From positions 21,145-85,144 of the forward strand of contig JAUNAJ010000002.1 in the NCBI GenBank assembly GCA_030527645.1: DNA of 64,000 nucleotides. The letters run 5' to 3'. The translations under genes and the position numbers were made by a program. Positions within the stretch are counted from its first letter, which is position 1; each line of letters opens with the position of its first letter. Below are positions 18,268 through 28,439 of the stretch, piece after piece. Source of the DNA: Lachnospiraceae bacterium. GTDB lineage: Bacteria; Bacillota; Clostridia; Lachnospirales; Lachnospiraceae. The notes below the pieces were generated by a model. It was given only the letters and a program-made list of their open reading frames with translations, was not told the DNA's origin and ran no database searches.

Positions 18268-20286
18268 TTACAGGCGGAATGCATCGGTTGCTACAGCTTC
18301 CACAAGAATCTCAAACAGGATTCCCATTTCCTCTCCAACATACTTTACATGCAGTTCCACCTGAGGATGCTCTGACGCACCCTGTTGTCTTGATTTCTCT
18401 AATACCTGTCTCTGTGCCAGCTCCCTGGCAAATTGCTCCGCTTCTGCTGACTCTTCGAAGGTATATCGCTCCGTTTCATCAAATACTGTAAAGCCCTGCA
18501 GCACGCCTCCGTCATACTCAGCCTTTGCACGGACCTGCACAGTGGTCACGATCTGACCGGCAATCGCTCCGAGAGCATTTGCCACGGAAGAATGCTCATG
18601 GATCAGTGCCTTTGTTCCGAGCAATTCTGCTGCCTTTGGCAGGAATACATGGATCGGAGCACCCACTCCGACAATAGGCAGCTCACAGCGAATGGACAGA
18701 TCTGCCCACTCGGCAGATCTGTGACTGACCGCATGTTCATAGGACCACTCAATCATTTTCTGAATCCCTTCGTCCTGATTCTTTCTGTCTCTTGACGGAT
18801 ATTTCTGATCCAGAAGAATACGTGCCAGATTGCAGTACATCTTCCGAACTACGAGATCGTAGACCGCATCCGGTATCTCTTCCACAGACATGTCTGTATT
18901 CGATGCAAGTATCTTCATTGCCAGACGGGCAGCTTCTGTCGGATGCCCCGGGAAATCGCCTTTGACAGCCATCATGTCAGTGGGAGTCAGACCGCTTTTT
19001 ATCAGAATTCCCTCCTCTAAAAGCCGGTCTGTTTTCAAGGAATAGAGATCCGTCCCTGCCTCTTCTGCCAGACTTTCAACAGGCAGCGGTCCCTGCTCCT
19101 CGAGAATACTGCAGAGTTTCTGCTCCTCCCCGGTATACCCTGCTGAATCTCTGATCGATTTCTGCAGAACAAAAAACTCATGGATCATGCGGGTATGACG
19201 GAGAGTGGTCTCATGTCTCATAAATACACGTTCCAGCTTTTCCGGAATCGAAGGATACTGCTCCTGCAGCACGCACAGAGGAATCACTCTTTCGCCATCC
19301 AGAAACAGACGGTTCTTCTCATGCCGGACAGCACTGTCTCCGCCAAGCAGGAAGGTATCCACATAAATCCCCTGCACCGTAGTTCTCCATCTCCCTATGG
19401 AGACACCCTTTTTCGCAGGGACCAGCCTGCCGTTCCTGACCAGAGCTACATCCGTAGTGGTTCCTCCCATATCAACGATCACTGCATCCTGACAGCCAAA
19501 AATCGCGCTGCCGCCCAATGCACTGGCAGCCGGTCCGCAGAGCAGGGTCTCTACCGGATATACCTTTGCCATACGTTCCGTCATCAGGCTTCCGTCACTG
19601 CGTACAATTGCCACAGGTATACGAAGATTTCTCTGCTCCATTACACGTTTCACAGCTGTCATAAATTCACGAACCAGAGGAACAAGTCTGGCATTCAGCA
19701 GGGTTCCCGCTCCTCGCTTCAGAGGATCCACTTCGTCAAACAATTTATACGCTGTTGTCACAGAAAGATCGGGAAGTACCTCCTTCAGAATCTCTTTCGA
19801 CCTGCTCTCAAGCTTTCCTCCATCCGCATTCGGATAAATCTGGCAGATACCTGCAGCAGGACAATTTTCAAACCAAAAAGGAGCCTGTTCTCTCAACAGA
19901 TTCCAATCCGGCTCCTCCGGCTGTGAGTAGATATGCTCCGGTTTCCCGTCTAAAAAGATCAGCTGTTCCAGATCCCGAAGACCATAGGATGCATAAACCT
20001 TGTTCAGATTCAGCATTTTTTCCGGATTCATACCAATCATCAGCAGCCTTGCACGGCTTCCCTTATCCTCCAGACAGGCATTCGTTGCCAGTGTAGTTGA
20101 CAGAGCAAGCAGTTCTGCCCTTGGAAGCAGCTCCTGATCCAGCTTTCCAAGAGCTCTATCTATTCCGATCTCCAGCTGTTCTTTCGTAGTTCTCGACTTT
20201 CCGGAACTCAGAACAGCTTTTGTTTCAATATCATAAAGAACCGCATCCGTATAGGTCCCGCCTGTATCAATACCGATTCCGATCAT
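18268..20286 (-). CDS. hydantoinase/oxoprolinase-family (ASKHA fold) protein
   Basis: 672 aa. N-terminal IGIDTGGTYTDAVL and internal VDMGGTTTDVAL phosphate-binding motifs are typical of hydantoinase A-type ATPases. The substrate is unknown. Confidence 0.7.
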   Translation of the reverse strand: MIGIGIDTGGTYTDAVLYDIETKAVLSSGKSRTTKEQLEIGIDRALGKLDQELLPRAELLALSTTLATNACLEDKGSRARLLMIGMNPEKMLNLNKVYASYGLRDLEQLIFLDGKPEHIYSQPEEPDWNLLREQAPFWFENCPAAGICQIYPNADGGKLESRSKEILKEVLPDLSVTTAYKLFDEVDPLKRGAGTLLNARLVPLVREFMTAVKRVMEQRNLRIPVAIVRSDGSLMTERMAKVYPVETLLCGPAASALGGSAIFGCQDAVIVDMGGTTTDVALVRNGRLVPAKKGVSIGRWRTTVQGIYVDTFLLGGDSAVRHEKNRLFLDGERVIPLCVLQEQYPSIPEKLERVFMRHETTLRHTRMIHEFFVLQKSIRDSAGYTGEEQKLCSILEEQGPLPVESLAEEAGTDLYSLKTDRLLEEGILIKSGLTPTDMMAVKGDFPGHPTEAARLAMKILASNTDMSVEEIPDAVYDLVVRKMYCNLARILLDQKYPSRDRKNQDEGIQKMIEWSYEHAVSHRSAEWADLSIRCELPIVGVGAPIHVFLPKAAELLGTKALIHEHSSVANALGAIAGQIVTTVQVRAKAEYDGGVLQGFTVFDETERYTFEESAEAEQFARELAQRQVLEKSRQQGASEHPQVELHVKYVGEEMGILFEILVEAVATDAFRL

Positions 20287-20289
20287 ACA

Positions 20290-21075
20290 TTACACCTGCT
20301 CCATCTCCGCTTCTTCCAGAGTTTTCTTATTTCTTCTAAGACCCAAAATCACAATCCCTGCCGTCAGCGTGAACAGACCGATAAACTGAGATGTCGATAA
20401 AACTCCTACAGAGCCTCTCGCCGCATCCCCGCGAAAAAATTCCAGCACAAAACGTCCGATGCTGTAGCAGATCAGGTACAAACCGGTAACCTCCCCGGAA
20501 TTCTTCTGTTTTTTATTGCTGTACCACACAAGAAAGGCACACAAAAGAAAATCCAGTCCGCTGGAAATCAGCTGGGTCGGGATCATCTTCACTCCGTTTG
20601 GTCCGTAATGAGAATGAGTGAAGGTAATTCCAATAATGCTGTCAGTAGGAATTCCGTAGCAGCAGCCCGCAAAAAAACATCCGATCCTTCCAAAGCCCTG
20701 TGCCAGGGCTACTCCTGCCAATGCCAGATCAAAAAACGCCCAATGGGGAAGGTTTTTCCGGCGGCAGTAAAGATAAGCACCCAGAATTCCTGCCAGAATT
20801 CCTCCCATTACAACCCAGCCTCCGGACAGATGCAGCAGGATATTTCCCGGATCTTCCAGAACCTCAGGAAGGATCGTGATCAGGTACAGAAGCTTTGCTC
20901 CGGCAAACCCGAACAACACGGAGCAGATCACCAGACCGAATACGCTGTCATAATCCAGCCCTCTCTTTTTGGCTCTGCTTTCAATCATCAAATATGCCGC
21001 AATAATACCAATTGCGATCATGACACCATAGCCATGGATCGTAAAGGGTCCAATACTTAACCAGTCATTCCACAT
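20290..21075 (-). CDS. lgt: prolipoprotein diacylglyceryl transferase
   Basis: 261 aa polytopic membrane protein. HGYGVMIAIGI, GRIGCFFAGCCYG and GRFVLEFFRGD motifs of Lgt. Confidence 0.9.
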   Translation of the reverse strand: MWNDWLSIGPFTIHGYGVMIAIGIIAAYLMIESRAKKRGLDYDSVFGLVICSVLFGFAGAKLLYLITILPEVLEDPGNILLHLSGGWVVMGGILAGILGAYLYCRRKNLPHWAFFDLALAGVALAQGFGRIGCFFAGCCYGIPTDSIIGITFTHSHYGPNGVKMIPTQLISSGLDFLLCAFLVWYSNKKQKNSGEVTGLYLICYSIGRFVLEFFRGDAARGSVGVLSTSQFIGLFTLTAGIVILGLRRNKKTLEEAEMEQV

Positions 21076-21088
21076 AGTCGGTCCTCTT

Positions 21089-21958
21089 TCAGATCAGCTT
21101 CGCCAGTTCAGCAATATAGGCGGGACTCGTTCCGCAGCAGCCTCCTACGATATCGGCGCCGTTGTCCAGCAGCTTCTTCATATTCTGTGCAAATTCCTCC
21201 GGCTGCATATCATAGTAAATATTTCCGTCTGAGTCAGTCTTTGGAAGACCTGCATTGGGCTTTGCAATGATCGGCACCTTCGCTGCAGCCTTCATATCAG
21301 CGATCACCTGCCCCATCTGCACCGGTCCCGTTGAACAATTGATTCCTACCGCCGCAGCACCAAGCTCCTGAAGACTCTCCACTGCCTCGACCGCAGTTCC
21401 GCCGAACAGGGCCCGTCCGTTTTCCGATACAGTCAGGGTACACATAACAGGAAGCTCACAGACTTCTTTCGCAGCCTTTACTGCCACCTCTGTTTCAGCT
21501 ACAGAAAGCATGGTTTCCGCCACCAGAAGATCAGCTCCCGCTTCATAAAGAGCTCGGATCTGCCGGCAGTATACTTCGAAGAGTTCCTCTTCCTCCATTT
21601 CACCAAGGGGTTCCAGAAGCTCGCCCGTTGTTGTCAGATCCCCTGCCACCAGCACCTTGCTGCTCACAGCCTTCCGGCTGATCTCCACCAGACCGGTATT
21701 CAGCCGCTCCACCTCGTGCTCCAGCCCGTGCTTTTTCAGGCTGATGCTGTTTGCGGAAAAGGTAGGGGCATACACGATCTGCGAACCAGCTGCCTCGTAC
21801 TGCTTCTGCAGCTCAGACAGCAGCTCCGGATGACTGCAGATCCAGTCCTCCACACAGATATCTCTTGGCATTCCGTATGCTCTCAGATAAGAGCCCGTCG
21901 CTCCGTCCAGCAGGACAATGCCCTGCTCTGTTAATTGTTGAAATTCTGATTTTGTCAT
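21089..21958 (-). CDS. homocysteine S-methyltransferase-domain protein (stand-alone MetH-N-like)
   Basis: 289 aa. LLDGATGS at the N-terminus, GINCSTGP and GGCCGTSPAYI zinc-ligand cysteine motifs of the Hcy-binding (S-methyl_trans) domain. Confidence 0.8.
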   Translation of the reverse strand: MTKSEFQQLTEQGIVLLDGATGSYLRAYGMPRDICVEDWICSHPELLSELQKQYEAAGSQIVYAPTFSANSISLKKHGLEHEVERLNTGLVEISRKAVSSKVLVAGDLTTTGELLEPLGEMEEEELFEVYCRQIRALYEAGADLLVAETMLSVAETEVAVKAAKEVCELPVMCTLTVSENGRALFGGTAVEAVESLQELGAAAVGINCSTGPVQMGQVIADMKAAAKVPIIAKPNAGLPKTDSDGNIYYDMQPEEFAQNMKKLLDNGADIVGGCCGTSPAYIAELAKLI

Positions 21959-21972
21959 TCTCTTCTCCCTGA

Positions 21973-23046
21973 TCAGGATTCTGATGTCACTGTTTCTGTT
22001 GACTCTGTTTCTGTTGTGATCGTATAGATGATGCTGTCATCCACGACGATGTCATCCCAGCATTTCTGTGTCTCCGGTTCAATGCCGTCCGTCCACTCTT
22101 CAATGGTAGAATCGTATTTTTCCGTCTCGCGCTCAGTGATGATGGACTCCTTTTTGCTTTCGGTTGCTTCCTCGTCGAAAAGCTGGTCCATGCGGATGAT
22201 GAAGTAATAGCTTTCACCTTCGATCACCTGGTCATGCACTTCATTTTCATCCAGATCCTGCAGCACTTCCTTCACAGCAGAATCCAGCACGTTGCTTTCA
22301 TCATCGTAGGCACCCTGATCAAAGCTGTACTGAGCAGAATAGCAGTCCTCATTCACTTCCTCTGCGATTTCCCCGATATCCTCTCCATCCGATGCATTCA
22401 GAACCAGCTCCAGGATCTCCTCCATCTGAGATTTTGCCTCTTCTGCCTCTGTCTCATCATCCGGAATAGAAAGACGGATATAGGTACAGCTGGACTGTGC
22501 AGCCTCCTCATCGGATACCTCACGATCTACATCCTCAATCACCACTGGTCTGATCTTAGTCTCCAGGGTCCTCAGCTGCAAAGCCTGAATTACATTGTCA
22601 ATGGATACGCCCAGAGTCTCCATTGCTTCCGCATTCTTCTCCATAAATGCAGCTGCAGCCTCTTCGATCTGCTGCTGCTCTTCATCGGAAACGGACACAC
22701 CTAATTCCTCTGCATGCTCCTGGATCTCGAACAGATTTGTCAAATCAGTTACCACAGAGTTTTTAAAGGATTCACCATAGGTAACTCCTTCTTCTTCCTC
22801 TGTGGACCAGAAATCACTTCCGTTCCCTCCGAAATAGGCCAGCATACTCTCCATCTGAGCATAGGTGCTAGCCTGTTCTGTTCTCAGAAAATAATTTGCC
22901 AGTCCCAGAGAAATCTCATGTCCGTCTATCACCATTGCTGTCTGTGTTCCGTCCGCAGGCTCCTGACTGCCGCATCCGGCAAGAAGAGATGCAGCCATCG
23001 CCATGGAAAGAACTCCGGTGACTGCCAGTGTATTTACATTTTTCAT
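21973..23046 (-). CDS. acidic lipoprotein, function unknown
   Basis: The start is set at MKNVNTLAVTGVLSMAMAASLLAGCGSQEP (lipobox LLAGC), with GGAGGAA 5 nt upstream. The rest is highly D/E-rich. The track ORF begins 15 codons earlier. Confidence 0.55.
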   Translation of the reverse strand: MKNVNTLAVTGVLSMAMAASLLAGCGSQEPADGTQTAMVIDGHEISLGLANYFLRTEQASTYAQMESMLAYFGGNGSDFWSTEEEEGVTYGESFKNSVVTDLTNLFEIQEHAEELGVSVSDEEQQQIEEAAAAFMEKNAEAMETLGVSIDNVIQALQLRTLETKIRPVVIEDVDREVSDEEAAQSSCTYIRLSIPDDETEAEEAKSQMEEILELVLNASDGEDIGEIAEEVNEDCYSAQYSFDQGAYDDESNVLDSAVKEVLQDLDENEVHDQVIEGESYYFIIRMDQLFDEEATESKKESIITERETEKYDSTIEEWTDGIEPETQKCWDDIVVDDSIIYTITTETESTETVTSES

Positions 23047-23286
23047 AGCTTCCTCCATATCTGATTCTTTTATAAATGTTCCGGGACACACGCAGCATCG
23101 AGCTCACGATTTGTGCCGGAATTCCTCCTGCACGTGTTTTTATTACGTGTAACCTGAACCACCTAATTATAGCCCCATATTCTCTGAGGGGCAACCGTTT
23201 TCACAAACACTTCACCTCAGTCGGAGAGGCTCCCACCTCTATTGGCGGTGAGTAATTAAAAGTTCACCTCAGCCTTTCTCTTCGTT

Positions 23287-26200
23287 TCACGAAGGAAGAA
23301 GGGACTGCATAGCCTGCAAAAGTTCCCTCACCCTGTCCAGCTGCGTATCCTTATTCCCTCGAATCATCCTCGGCCGGAACATAAAATAGGGCACAGCCTC
23401 CGGCTTAAATTCCAGCTGCCCGTTATAGGCTGCCACAAAGCCGGCTATCTCCTGCACATTCAAAGGAGCACGTTCAAACAGAGAAATCCTGTAGCTGTTC
23501 TGGATCTGACGGATCTCTGTTATATAAACCCTGTGAGCTTCTGCCTTCACATCCGCCACCTTCAACAGATTCTGCACCGATTTGGGCGGCTCGCCGAAAC
23601 GATCGATCAGCTCCTCCAGCATATCATCCGCCTCTTCCCGGCTCTCCAGGCAGGCAATCCTCTTATAGATATCCAGCTTCTGATTCTCGTTGGATATGTA
23701 AGAGGGCGGAATATAGGCATCCAGGTTCAGATCCACCACTGTTTCAAAGCTTTCCAGTGTCACCTCGCCCTTTGCTTCTCTGACTGCCTCTCCCAGCATC
23801 TTGCAGTACAGATCATAGCCCACGGCCTCCATCTGCCCGTGCTGCTCTGCCCCCAGAAGATTTCCTGCTCCGCGGATCTCCAGATCCCGCATGGCGATCT
23901 TCACGCCGCTGCCGAGCTCTGTAAATTCCCGGATGGCATGGAGACGTTTTTCCGCCACCTCCTTCAGCTGCCGGTTCTTCTGATACATTAGGAATGCATA
24001 TGCATTTCTGCTGGATCTTCCTACCCGGCCTCTGAGCTGATACAGCTGAGAAAGACCAAGACGGTCCGCCTCATGAATGATGATGGTATTCACATTGGAA
24101 ATATCCATTCCGGTCTCAATGATCGTAGTAGAGACCAGCACATCCAGCTCTCCGTTAATGAAGCTGTACATGATCTTTTCCAGTTCCCGCTCTGACATCT
24201 GGCCATGAGCAAATCCTACGGAAGCATCCGGTACCAGCGCCTGAATACGATTGGTCTGTTCAACGATCGACTGCACCCGGTTGTACACATAGAACACCTG
24301 ACCATCCCTCGCCAGTTCGCGGGAAATTGCTTCGCGCACCAGCTCCTCATCGTATTCCATCACATAGGTCTGTATGGGCATTCTCTCCTGCGGTGCTTCC
24401 TCCAGTACACTCATGTCACGAATCCCGATCAGACTCATGTGCATGGTTCTGGGAATCGGTGTCGCAGAAAGGGTAAGCACATCCACATTCGTCTTCAGCT
24501 GCTTGATCTTCTCTTTATGGGTAACGCCGAATCGCTGCTCCTCATCCACTACAAGAAGACCAAGATCCTTAAACTGTACATCCTTAGAAAGAACACGATG
24601 CGTACCGATCAGAACATCCACCAGACCCTTCTTCAGATCCTCCAGCGTCTGTTTCTGCTGTTTCTGTGTTCTGAAACGGCACAGAAGATCCACCCGCACA
24701 GGAAAATCCTTCATCCGCTGTATAAACGTATTGTAATGCTGCTGAGCCAGAATGGTGGTTGGTGCCAGCAGCACCACCTGCTTACTCTCCTGCACTGCCT
24801 TAAATGCTGCTCGGATTGCAATCTCAGTTTTTCCATACCCAACATCGCCGCAGATCAGGCGGTCCATGATCCGGGGGCTCTCCATATCCGCCTTCGTTGC
24901 CTCAATGGCTGCAAGCTGGTCATCGGTTTCCTCAAAGGGAAACAGCTCCTCGAATTCTCTCTGCCATACTGTATCCGGTCCGAACTGGTATCCGGTATCC
25001 CGCTGCCTCAGGGCGTAGAGCTCTACCAGCTCCTTCGCAATGTTTTTTACAGAGCCTCGAACCTTTGTCTTTGTCTTATGCCATTCGGGACCTCCAAGCC
25101 GGTGCAGCTTCGGCTCCTTTGCCGTTTCGGAACCGCCGTATTTCTGCAGCACCTCCAACCCTGTAGCCTGAATATACAGATTGCTTCCGCCCGCATACTC
25201 GATCTTGATATAATCCTTTACCGTATGATCGACAGTAACCTTTTCAATCCCTTTGTAAATTCCCAGGCCATGGTCTTCATGCACCACATAATCACCAATG
25301 GACAGTTCCGCAAAGCTCTGGATCCGATCTCCGGCATTCTGGATTTTTTTCTTCTTCTTTTTCTTCTTTTCTTTTCCGAAAATATCCGTCTCTGTAATCA
25401 GAGCAAACTTCTGCAGAGGATATTCAAAGCCCTGCGCAGCAAAGCCATGGGCAACCAGGATCTCCCCCGGTTCCAGCAGACGCTCTGCCTGTTCCGCATA
25501 GAAAGCATTCAGCCCTTCCTCCGCCAGATCACGGGCAAGCCTCTGTCCTCTGGTTCTGGAGGGTGACAAAAGGACCACCCTGTATCCTGTCTTCTTCCAT
25601 TTTTTCAGATCCTCTGCCAGCGACAGAAACTGTCCGTTATAGGAGCTCATGGATTTGACCTGAATCGGATAGATTTCATTGATCTCCCAGTCTTTTCTTC
25701 TTGGCTCCAGCAGGCTCAGAGAGATACAATTTCTTCGATTCAGCTCATACAGCAGCCCTTCGGCCGTCAGCATACGCAGCGCATCCTCTGCCTTGATCTG
25801 TCCCTTTTCCAGACGCCGTGACATGTACTCCTGAAATTCAAGGGAAAGAGCCTCTGCATTCTCTCGTATTCTTCCCGGTTCATCCAGGATGACTACGGAC
25901 TGTTCCGGAAGATAGTCAAGCAGCGTATCGGTCAGCCTCTTCGCATACCCCTTTTCCTCTCTTCCGATTTCCTCTGATGCCGGATAAATGCATATTTCCT
26001 GCAGATTTTCTATCGATCTCTGACTTTCTGCATCAAAGCAGCGAATGGAATCAATTTCATCTCCGAAGAGCTCGATCCTCCATGGATTTTCCTCTGTCAG
26101 ATCGTAGATATCCAGAATATCTCCCCGAATGGCAAACTGCCCGGGCGCCTCCACCTGGCCGCATCGCTCATAGCCGATCCGTACCAGCTGATTGGCAAAC

Positions 26201-26646
26201 TCCGGAAGATTGATCTCACTTCCCATATCCAGCAGGATCCGGCTTTCCCGGAACACGCGAACAGGCAGAAGATAGTCCATGCATCCTCCTGTACTGGTGA
26301 CAATGGCCGCTCTCTTCTGCTCTATAATTGCTTTTATTCCTTTGATCCTCTGTATCAGCAGTGTTTTGCCGGAAAGGTCCGCTTCATAAAAGATCAGATC
26401 TCTGGCAGGATAATACAGAACATCCGGATCGTACAGACGAAAATCCTCAAAAAACGCCCTTGCTTTCAGTTCATTTTCCGCTACGATCAGGACCGCCCGA
26501 CTATCCTGAGTCAGATAATCTGTCAAATGCGCCTTTTGTGAATCCAGGGCTCCGCTGACTGCCAGAAGTCCTTTATTTTTCGGAAGCTTCCACAGCAGAT
26601 CATCCAGACCTGCCATCTCCTTTAACGGTGTTGTCCAAGCCTTCAT
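23287..26646 (-). CDS. mfd: transcription-repair coupling factor
   Basis: 1119 aa. UvrB-homology N-terminus, CarD-like RNAP-interacting domain, and superfamily-2 helicase motifs (GDVGYGKTE, DEEQRFG, QLRGRVGRS). Canonical pth-mfd adjacency. Confidence 0.95.
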   Translation of the reverse strand: MKAWTTPLKEMAGLDDLLWKLPKNKGLLAVSGALDSQKAHLTDYLTQDSRAVLIVAENELKARAFFEDFRLYDPDVLYYPARDLIFYEADLSGKTLLIQRIKGIKAIIEQKRAAIVTSTGGCMDYLLPVRVFRESRILLDMGSEINLPEFANQLVRIGYERCGQVEAPGQFAIRGDILDIYDLTEENPWRIELFGDEIDSIRCFDAESQRSIENLQEICIYPASEEIGREEKGYAKRLTDTLLDYLPEQSVVILDEPGRIRENAEALSLEFQEYMSRRLEKGQIKAEDALRMLTAEGLLYELNRRNCISLSLLEPRRKDWEINEIYPIQVKSMSSYNGQFLSLAEDLKKWKKTGYRVVLLSPSRTRGQRLARDLAEEGLNAFYAEQAERLLEPGEILVAHGFAAQGFEYPLQKFALITETDIFGKEKKKKKKKKIQNAGDRIQSFAELSIGDYVVHEDHGLGIYKGIEKVTVDHTVKDYIKIEYAGGSNLYIQATGLEVLQKYGGSETAKEPKLHRLGGPEWHKTKTKVRGSVKNIAKELVELYALRQRDTGYQFGPDTVWQREFEELFPFEETDDQLAAIEATKADMESPRIMDRLICGDVGYGKTEIAIRAAFKAVQESKQVVLLAPTTILAQQHYNTFIQRMKDFPVRVDLLCRFRTQKQQKQTLEDLKKGLVDVLIGTHRVLSKDVQFKDLGLLVVDEEQRFGVTHKEKIKQLKTNVDVLTLSATPIPRTMHMSLIGIRDMSVLEEAPQERMPIQTYVMEYDEELVREAISRELARDGQVFYVYNRVQSIVEQTNRIQALVPDASVGFAHGQMSERELEKIMYSFINGELDVLVSTTIIETGMDISNVNTIIIHEADRLGLSQLYQLRGRVGRSSRNAYAFLMYQKNRQLKEVAEKRLHAIREFTELGSGVKIAMRDLEIRGAGNLLGAEQHGQMEAVGYDLYCKMLGEAVREAKGEVTLESFETVVDLNLDAYIPPSYISNENQKLDIYKRIACLESREEADDMLEELIDRFGEPPKSVQNLLKVADVKAEAHRVYITEIRQIQNSYRISLFERAPLNVQEIAGFVAAYNGQLEFKPEAVPYFMFRPRMIRGNKDTQLDRVRELLQAMQSLLPS

Positions 26647-27377
26647 TGATTCCCTTCCGTTCCTTTCTCAAGCTCTGCTGCTGCTTCCTCGGTAGACTGC
26701 GAATCCTTCTGTGCAGCCGCTGCTTCCGCCTTCTCCTTCTCCCGCAGCGCGGCACGTTCTGCTCTTGCTGCAGCCTTCGCCGCACGCTTAGCAGCCTTTG
26801 CCTCGGCATCTCCCTTTTTATTGAATCGATTCATGGCACTGTCCAGATCATCCTGCAGAAAAAGCTCCACCGATACTGCTGCGTCCCGTATAGCCTCATC
26901 CACCTTCACACGATCTTCCTTTGAAAAAGGTGCCATGACAAAATCAGCCAGATCCCAGTTAGCAGGTTTCTCTCCAATTCCCACACGGATGCGGGGAAAA
27001 CGATCCGTTCCCAGATGCTGGATAATACTCTTCATGCCATTATGGCCGCCTGCACTCCCCTTTTTCCGGATTCGAATGGAACCGGGCGGCAGGGAGATAT
27101 CATCGTAGATCACAAGAAGCTCACGCTCCGGATCAATTTTGTAAAAGTCTGCAAATGCCCGAACCGCTTCTCCGCTTAAATTCATATAGGTCATGGGCTT
27201 CATCAGCAGAACCTTCTGCCCTGCGATGATTCCCTTTCCGTACATTCCCTTCCTGTCCACTCCAGAGGAAGGGATCTGAAACTGAACAACCAGCTCATCA
27301 ATCGTGTCAAAGCCCATATTGTGCTTTGTACCTTCATATTTCCTGCCCGGATTTCCAAGTCCAACGATCAGATACAT
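26643..27377 (-). CDS. pth: peptidyl-tRNA hydrolase with ~55-aa Lys/Ala/Glu-rich C-terminal extension
   Basis: MYLIVGLGNPGRKYEGTKHNMGF and GGHNGMKSII are canonical Pth motifs. The ORF is 244 aa versus about 185-190 aa typical. The stop overlaps the mfd ATG by 4 nt. Confidence 0.9.
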   Translation of the reverse strand: MYLIVGLGNPGRKYEGTKHNMGFDTIDELVVQFQIPSSGVDRKGMYGKGIIAGQKVLLMKPMTYMNLSGEAVRAFADFYKIDPERELLVIYDDISLPPGSIRIRKKGSAGGHNGMKSIIQHLGTDRFPRIRVGIGEKPANWDLADFVMAPFSKEDRVKVDEAIRDAAVSVELFLQDDLDSAMNRFNKKGDAEAKAAKRAAKAAARAERAALREKEKAEAAAAQKDSQSTEEAAAELEKGTEGNQ

Positions 27378-27447
27378 GTTTCAACTCTCCTGTGCAAAAG
27401 AGAGGCCCGCAGATGCTGCGCGCCTCTATATATGATGTGTGTAATTT

Positions 27448-28413
27448 TCAGTTAAAGTATACCAGCTCCGCTTCCGGAGGTGTGGCAGACGTAATGGAGA
27501 CTGCCTGGAATACCGGTCCGGATTCCCCGTAGGCATCCATATACCGGAAATCTACTTTTGCAGTTACATCCACCCAGCTTCCCATCGGGAGCTTCGGTGC
27601 GTTTTTACTGAGACAGATATAGCCGATAAATGCCGTGTCATCCGCGCAGCAGGTCATTGCTGTGCGTCCCGGAACGAAGTAATCCGCACCAAGATCCCTG
27701 CTCTTCAGCACCATTCCTTTAAAGTGTACTGTCTTTCCCTGGTATCTCTCAGGATGATCTCCCAGATCCACATAGAAGATTCCGTAATCTACATCGTCAA
27801 TCTCGATCACATCCGCATCCAGGTCGTAGGGAACAGAATCCTCAAAAATATCTGTGATCTCCCGGTTTTTATCCTCAAATACGATTTCGGCTGCCGGGTT
27901 ATTCACCTTAATACTGCGGCGGAAATTTGCCAGCGGCATGGTCGAGTCGCAGCGATTAAACATAACGAGATCCGCATTCTTTACCATCTCAGAAAACAGG
28001 GAACGCATATTGTTCATGTAAACCTGCGCGGTAGTTCCATCAATGGTGACGATCTGCTGCACGATTCCCCAGCCCTCCGGCAGTTCCATGGTCTCCTCCA
28101 GCTCCTTCACGCTCCACAACGGGTTATACTCCAGGATAATACGATCCGGATGATACTGCTCCTCCAGTTTCCGGAGTTTCTCCAGCGTGAACTCCTCCTT
28201 ACTGTCGATCACCTCAAGCTTTGTATTATAAAGCTGAAGCATCTCCTCATCATACTCAACCTCACCCTCCTCGCAGGCGATCAGAAGAGTCGGCTCCATA
28301 ATCTGAAAATAATCCTGCTGAACTGTAAAATTGATAAATGAGGTCTTTCCACTCTCCAGAAATCCTGTGATCAGATAGATCGGAATTCTGATTTCATCTT
28401 CATTCATTTTCAT
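27448..28413 (-). CDS. degenerate G3E-like P-loop protein fused to a CCADD-motif C-terminal domain
   Basis: 321 aa. The N-terminal Walker A is IYLITGFLESGKTSFI, but there is no GCxCC metal motif. The C-terminal ~110 aa (GRTAMTCCADDTAFIGYICL...WVDVTAKV) resemble, from memory, the C-terminal domain of DUF1980/TIGR03943 (YcgQ-like) proteins. Confidence 0.5.
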   Translation of the reverse strand: MKMNEDEIRIPIYLITGFLESGKTSFINFTVQQDYFQIMEPTLLIACEEGEVEYDEEMLQLYNTKLEVIDSKEEFTLEKLRKLEEQYHPDRIILEYNPLWSVKELEETMELPEGWGIVQQIVTIDGTTAQVYMNNMRSLFSEMVKNADLVMFNRCDSTMPLANFRRSIKVNNPAAEIVFEDKNREITDIFEDSVPYDLDADVIEIDDVDYGIFYVDLGDHPERYQGKTVHFKGMVLKSRDLGADYFVPGRTAMTCCADDTAFIGYICLSKNAPKLPMGSWVDVTAKVDFRYMDAYGESGPVFQAVSITSATPPEAELVYFN

Positions 28414-28439
28414 TTACCTCCTGCTGCTGTTTCAGTTCT

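Noticed and set aside
23092-23286. Possible T-box or S-box riboswitch in the 240-nt gap between mfd and the lipoprotein / Hcy-methyltransferase operon. The minus strand contains AATTAGGTGGTTCAGG (23153-23170), which is reminiscent of the T-box AAUUAGGGUGGUACCGCG.
   Set aside because: The match breaks down in the invariant GGUACCGCG part. I see no clear stem I/specifier loop, no AG-bay motifs and no terminator with a U-tract. S-box core motifs are also absent. Only a covariance-model scan could rescue this call.
25344-25377. Programmed frameshift or phase-variable tract in mfd.
   Set aside because: The reading frame is intact through the tract, and helicase motifs continue downstream in the same frame. 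The longest true homopolymer is only 7 nt.
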